Assembly (NCBI GenBank): GCA_050485645.1
Contig: JBJHBT010000012.1
Span: forward strand, 2,597-66,596
Direction: 5' to 3'
Length of the DNA stretch: 64,000 nucleotides
DNA from: Gammaproteobacteria bacterium
GTDB taxonomy: Bacteria; Pseudomonadota; Gammaproteobacteria; Steroidobacterales; Rariloculaceae
Shown one piece after another: positions 60,763 to 64,000 of the stretch. The translations under genes and the position numbers were made by a program. Each line of letters starts with the position of its first letter. Position 1 is the first letter of the stretch. The notes under the pieces are model-generated. The model was not told where the DNA came from and did not search any database. It saw only the letters and a program-made list of their open reading frames with translations.

Positions 60763-62052
60763 GTGACTGTCTGGGGTGTCGTCGCTTATCTGCTGCTGCC
60801 ATACGCGATACTCAAGCTGTTGTGGCGCGGCTTTCGTTATCGTGCCTACTGGTATCGCTGGCCGGAGCGCTTCGGCTTCATCGACCCGCCTTCCGACGAA
60901 CACGTGATCTGGATTCATGCGGTTTCGGTGGGCGAGGTGCGTTCCTGCGTGGTGCTCGTTGACGCATTCGCGGAGCGCTTTCCCGATCACCGCATTCTCA
61001 TCACGACGATGACCCCGACCGGATCGGCGCAGGTCCGCGAACTGTTTGCCGATCGGGTCAGCCATGCCTATGTGCCATACGACGTGCCGTTTGCGGTGGA
61101 GCGTTTTCTGAATCGGGCCCGGCCCGCGTTCGCGGTGATAGCCGAGACGGAGTTCTGGCCCAATATATTCCGTGCCTGCAATCACCGCGACATTCCGCTG
61201 CTGCTGGTCAATGTGCGGATATCCCAGACCTCGCTGCGCGGCTACTCGCTGGTACCGCGCACGTTTCGCGCCATGCTGGGTCACGCCGACATGATCTGCG
61301 CTCAGACACGCACCGACGCTTATCGGCTGCGCACGCTCGGTGCACCGGAGGGTCGCATCCACATCACGGGTAATCTGAAGTTCGACGTGGAAACGCCGGC
61401 TCGCCTGCTGGAGGAATCAGCCGCCCTGCGCGCCTCATGGGGGCGCGATCGTCCGGTGTTCATCGCCGCGAGTACGCATCGCGGTGAGGAGAGAATTCTG
61501 CTCAGGGCCTTCGGCGAGTTGCGGCAGCACTACCCGTCCATGCTGCTCGTGGTGGTGCCAAGGCACCCGGAGCGTTTCGAACCGGTGGCCAGACAGAGCG
61601 AACGGGCCGGATACCAGATCGCCCTGCGCAGTGAAACGCGCGGCAGTCTGCCAGAAGGCACCGACGTGCTGGTGGGCGACACCATGGGAGAGCTTCAGCG
61701 TCTGTATGCGGCATCCGATGTGGCATTCATCGGCGGCAGTCTGGTGCGCAAGGGTGGACAGAATCTGCTCGAGGCCTGTGCCGTTGGCGTGCCGGCGCTG
61801 TTCGGCCCGCATATGTTTCATTTCGAGGAGATCAGCGTCATGGCGCTGGAACGTGGCGCCGGACGTCAGGTGCACGGGGTTGCGGATCTGGTCGAGGCGG
61901 TGTCGGACTACCTTCAGAATCCGCCGGCGCGTCAGGCGGCCGGTGCTGCCGGCCGCCGGCTGGTGGCCGACAACCGCGGCGCGCTGGACAAGACCATGAA
62001 GCTGATGACCGATACGCTCAAGGAACGCGGTCGCGTCAGTCGCGCCACTTGA
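60763..62052 (+). CDS. waaA: Kdo transferase WaaA (KdtA)
   Basis: GTG start. LLLPYAILKLLWRGFRYRAYWYRWPERFG, IWIHAVSVGEV, ITTMTPTG, ETEFWPN and GGSLVRKGGQNLLEACAVGVPALFGPHMFHFEE are canonical WaaA. Confidence 0.9.
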   Translation: MTVWGVVAYLLLPYAILKLLWRGFRYRAYWYRWPERFGFIDPPSDEHVIWIHAVSVGEVRSCVVLVDAFAERFPDHRILITTMTPTGSAQVRELFADRVSHAYVPYDVPFAVERFLNRARPAFAVIAETEFWPNIFRACNHRDIPLLLVNVRISQTSLRGYSLVPRTFRAMLGHADMICAQTRTDAYRLRTLGAPEGRIHITGNLKFDVETPARLLEESAALRASWGRDRPVFIAASTHRGEERILLRAFGELRQHYPSMLLVVVPRHPERFEPVARQSERAGYQIALRSETRGSLPEGTDVLVGDTMGELQRLYAASDVAFIGGSLVRKGGQNLLEACAVGVPALFGPHMFHFEEISVMALERGAGRQVHGVADLVEAVSDYLQNPPARQAAGAAGRRLVADNRGALDKTMKLMTDTLKERGRVSRAT

Positions 62053-62204
62053 TGCGGCAGCCGATGCTCGCGGTCTGGTCGGCGGCCGGCGACCTCCCCT
62101 GCAGAACCGCATCCGCGGCCGTCCTGCGATCCGGATCGGGGTGCCCGCGCGCGTAAATCCGCCGCTTGCGGACCTGTATGGCCTGTTCGCGTAGCATCGA
62201 CGGT

Positions 62205-63008
62205 ATGAGGTTTGCCATCGCATCCCGCCCGTTCGCGTTTCTCGTCGCCCTGTCGGCGTGCGCTGCGCCGCCGACGGCGCTGGCGTACGGCGCCGACGGC
62301 CACAGGATTGCCGGCCTGGTGGCGGAGCGGATGCTGTGTGCCGATGCGGCACAGGCCGTGGAGGACCTGGGCCGTGGCGAAGGGCTGGCGGAGCTGGGAT
62401 TGTGGCCCGACCGCATCCGGTCGCAGGCACGCTGGTCGCATACCGGGCCGTGGCACTATATGAACATTCCCGACGACATCGCCATCGACGACTATGTGAC
62501 GCCGCCGGAGCGCGACATTCTCTGGGCCATCGACGATGCCTCCGAGGCGCTGCGCAACACCCGTCTACCGCACAATGATCGCCGCGATGCGCTGCGGTTT
62601 CTCGTGCACTTCATCGTCGATCTGCATCAGCCGCTGCATGTGGGTCGTGCCGGGGATCGTGGCGGCAATCGCATCGATGTGCGGCTGGATCGGCGGATGC
62701 TGAACCTGCACCGCTTCTGGGATACCGAGGTCGTCACGCTGACCGGTCTGACACCGGCCCGGTACGCCGAACGCCTGCTGCCTGTGGTGGACGAGCACCG
62801 TGAATCGTGGTCCGCGGGAACGCCGCGGGACTGGGCCGCCGAAAGCCAGGCGCTGCGCGGAGACGTCTATGCCTTCGATGGTCCCGGCACGAGGCTGTCC
62901 GACCACTATATCGCCGAGGCCATACGTGTCACCGCAACCCGGCTGGCGCAGTCCGCCGTCCGCCTGGCGGCGACACTGAACGACATTTTCTGCGCCGCGC
63001 CTGATTGA
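62205..63008 (+). CDS. Secreted S1/P1-family nuclease
   Basis: Signal peptide MRFAIASRPFAFLVALSACAAPPTALA. YGADGHRIAG, GPWHYMNIP, LRFLVHFIVDLHQPLHVG and GGN are the zinc-ligand motifs of S1/P1 nucleases. Confidence 0.85.
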   Translation: MRFAIASRPFAFLVALSACAAPPTALAYGADGHRIAGLVAERMLCADAAQAVEDLGRGEGLAELGLWPDRIRSQARWSHTGPWHYMNIPDDIAIDDYVTPPERDILWAIDDASEALRNTRLPHNDRRDALRFLVHFIVDLHQPLHVGRAGDRGGNRIDVRLDRRMLNLHRFWDTEVVTLTGLTPARYAERLLPVVDEHRESWSAGTPRDWAAESQALRGDVYAFDGPGTRLSDHYIAEAIRVTATRLAQSAVRLAATLNDIFCAAPD

Positions 63009-63035
63009 TCGGCACGCTGCCTCGACTCCGTCGAA

Positions 63036-63053
63036 GCCGGGCCAGGACCCGGC
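63036..63053. terminator. Short stem-loop between convergent nuclease and trxB genes
   Basis: GCCGGG-CCAGGA-CCCGGC, a 6-bp stem. Weak candidate for a bidirectional terminator. Confidence 0.25.
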
Positions 63054-63073
63054 GTATCACGGCGATCGGCCGC

Positions 63074-64000
<927 letters not shown>

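Overview
High-GC window, probably from a gammaproteobacterium (Xanthomonadales/Nevskiales-like gene order; taxon not determinable here). About 41 kb (5965-47587) is one nearly complete flagellar regulon: flgNMA (minus strand), flgBCDEFGHIJKL, a TPR-sulfotransferase gene, fliC, fliD, fliS, a FliT-like gene, a PilZ-like gene, two adjacent sigma-54 activators without receiver domains, fliEFGHIJ, fliK, fliLMNOPQR, flhBAF, flhG, fliA, motAB and a DUF2802-like gene. By eye I found four near-consensus sigma-54 promoters (before flgB, the second activator, fliK, fliL). I also found three sigma-28 promoters (flgM, fliC, and an HDOD / REC-GGDEF-EAL / HDOD operon next to the cluster). The left flank (1-5900) holds two beta-lactamase-family serine hydrolases, an MFS pump, rarD, a rhomboid protease and a partial DUF1566-like lipoprotein. 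The right flank holds DUF1015, a MaoC-like dehydratase, a degenerate-GGDEF/EAL protein and mgtE. It continues with a compact Kdo-type operon (waaA-like, kdsA, an FSA-type aldolase fused to a KdsD-type CBS pair, a kdsC-like phosphatase, waaA), an S1/P1 nuclease and partial trxB. No rRNA, tRNA, CRISPR array or mobile element was seen. The best leads are the TPR-sulfotransferase translationally coupled to flgL just upstream of fliC, the aldolase-for-SIS domain swap in the Kdo operon, the paired receiver-less activators, and the sigma-28-driven c-di-GMP module. All calls rest on reading the translations and motifs; no database search was run.
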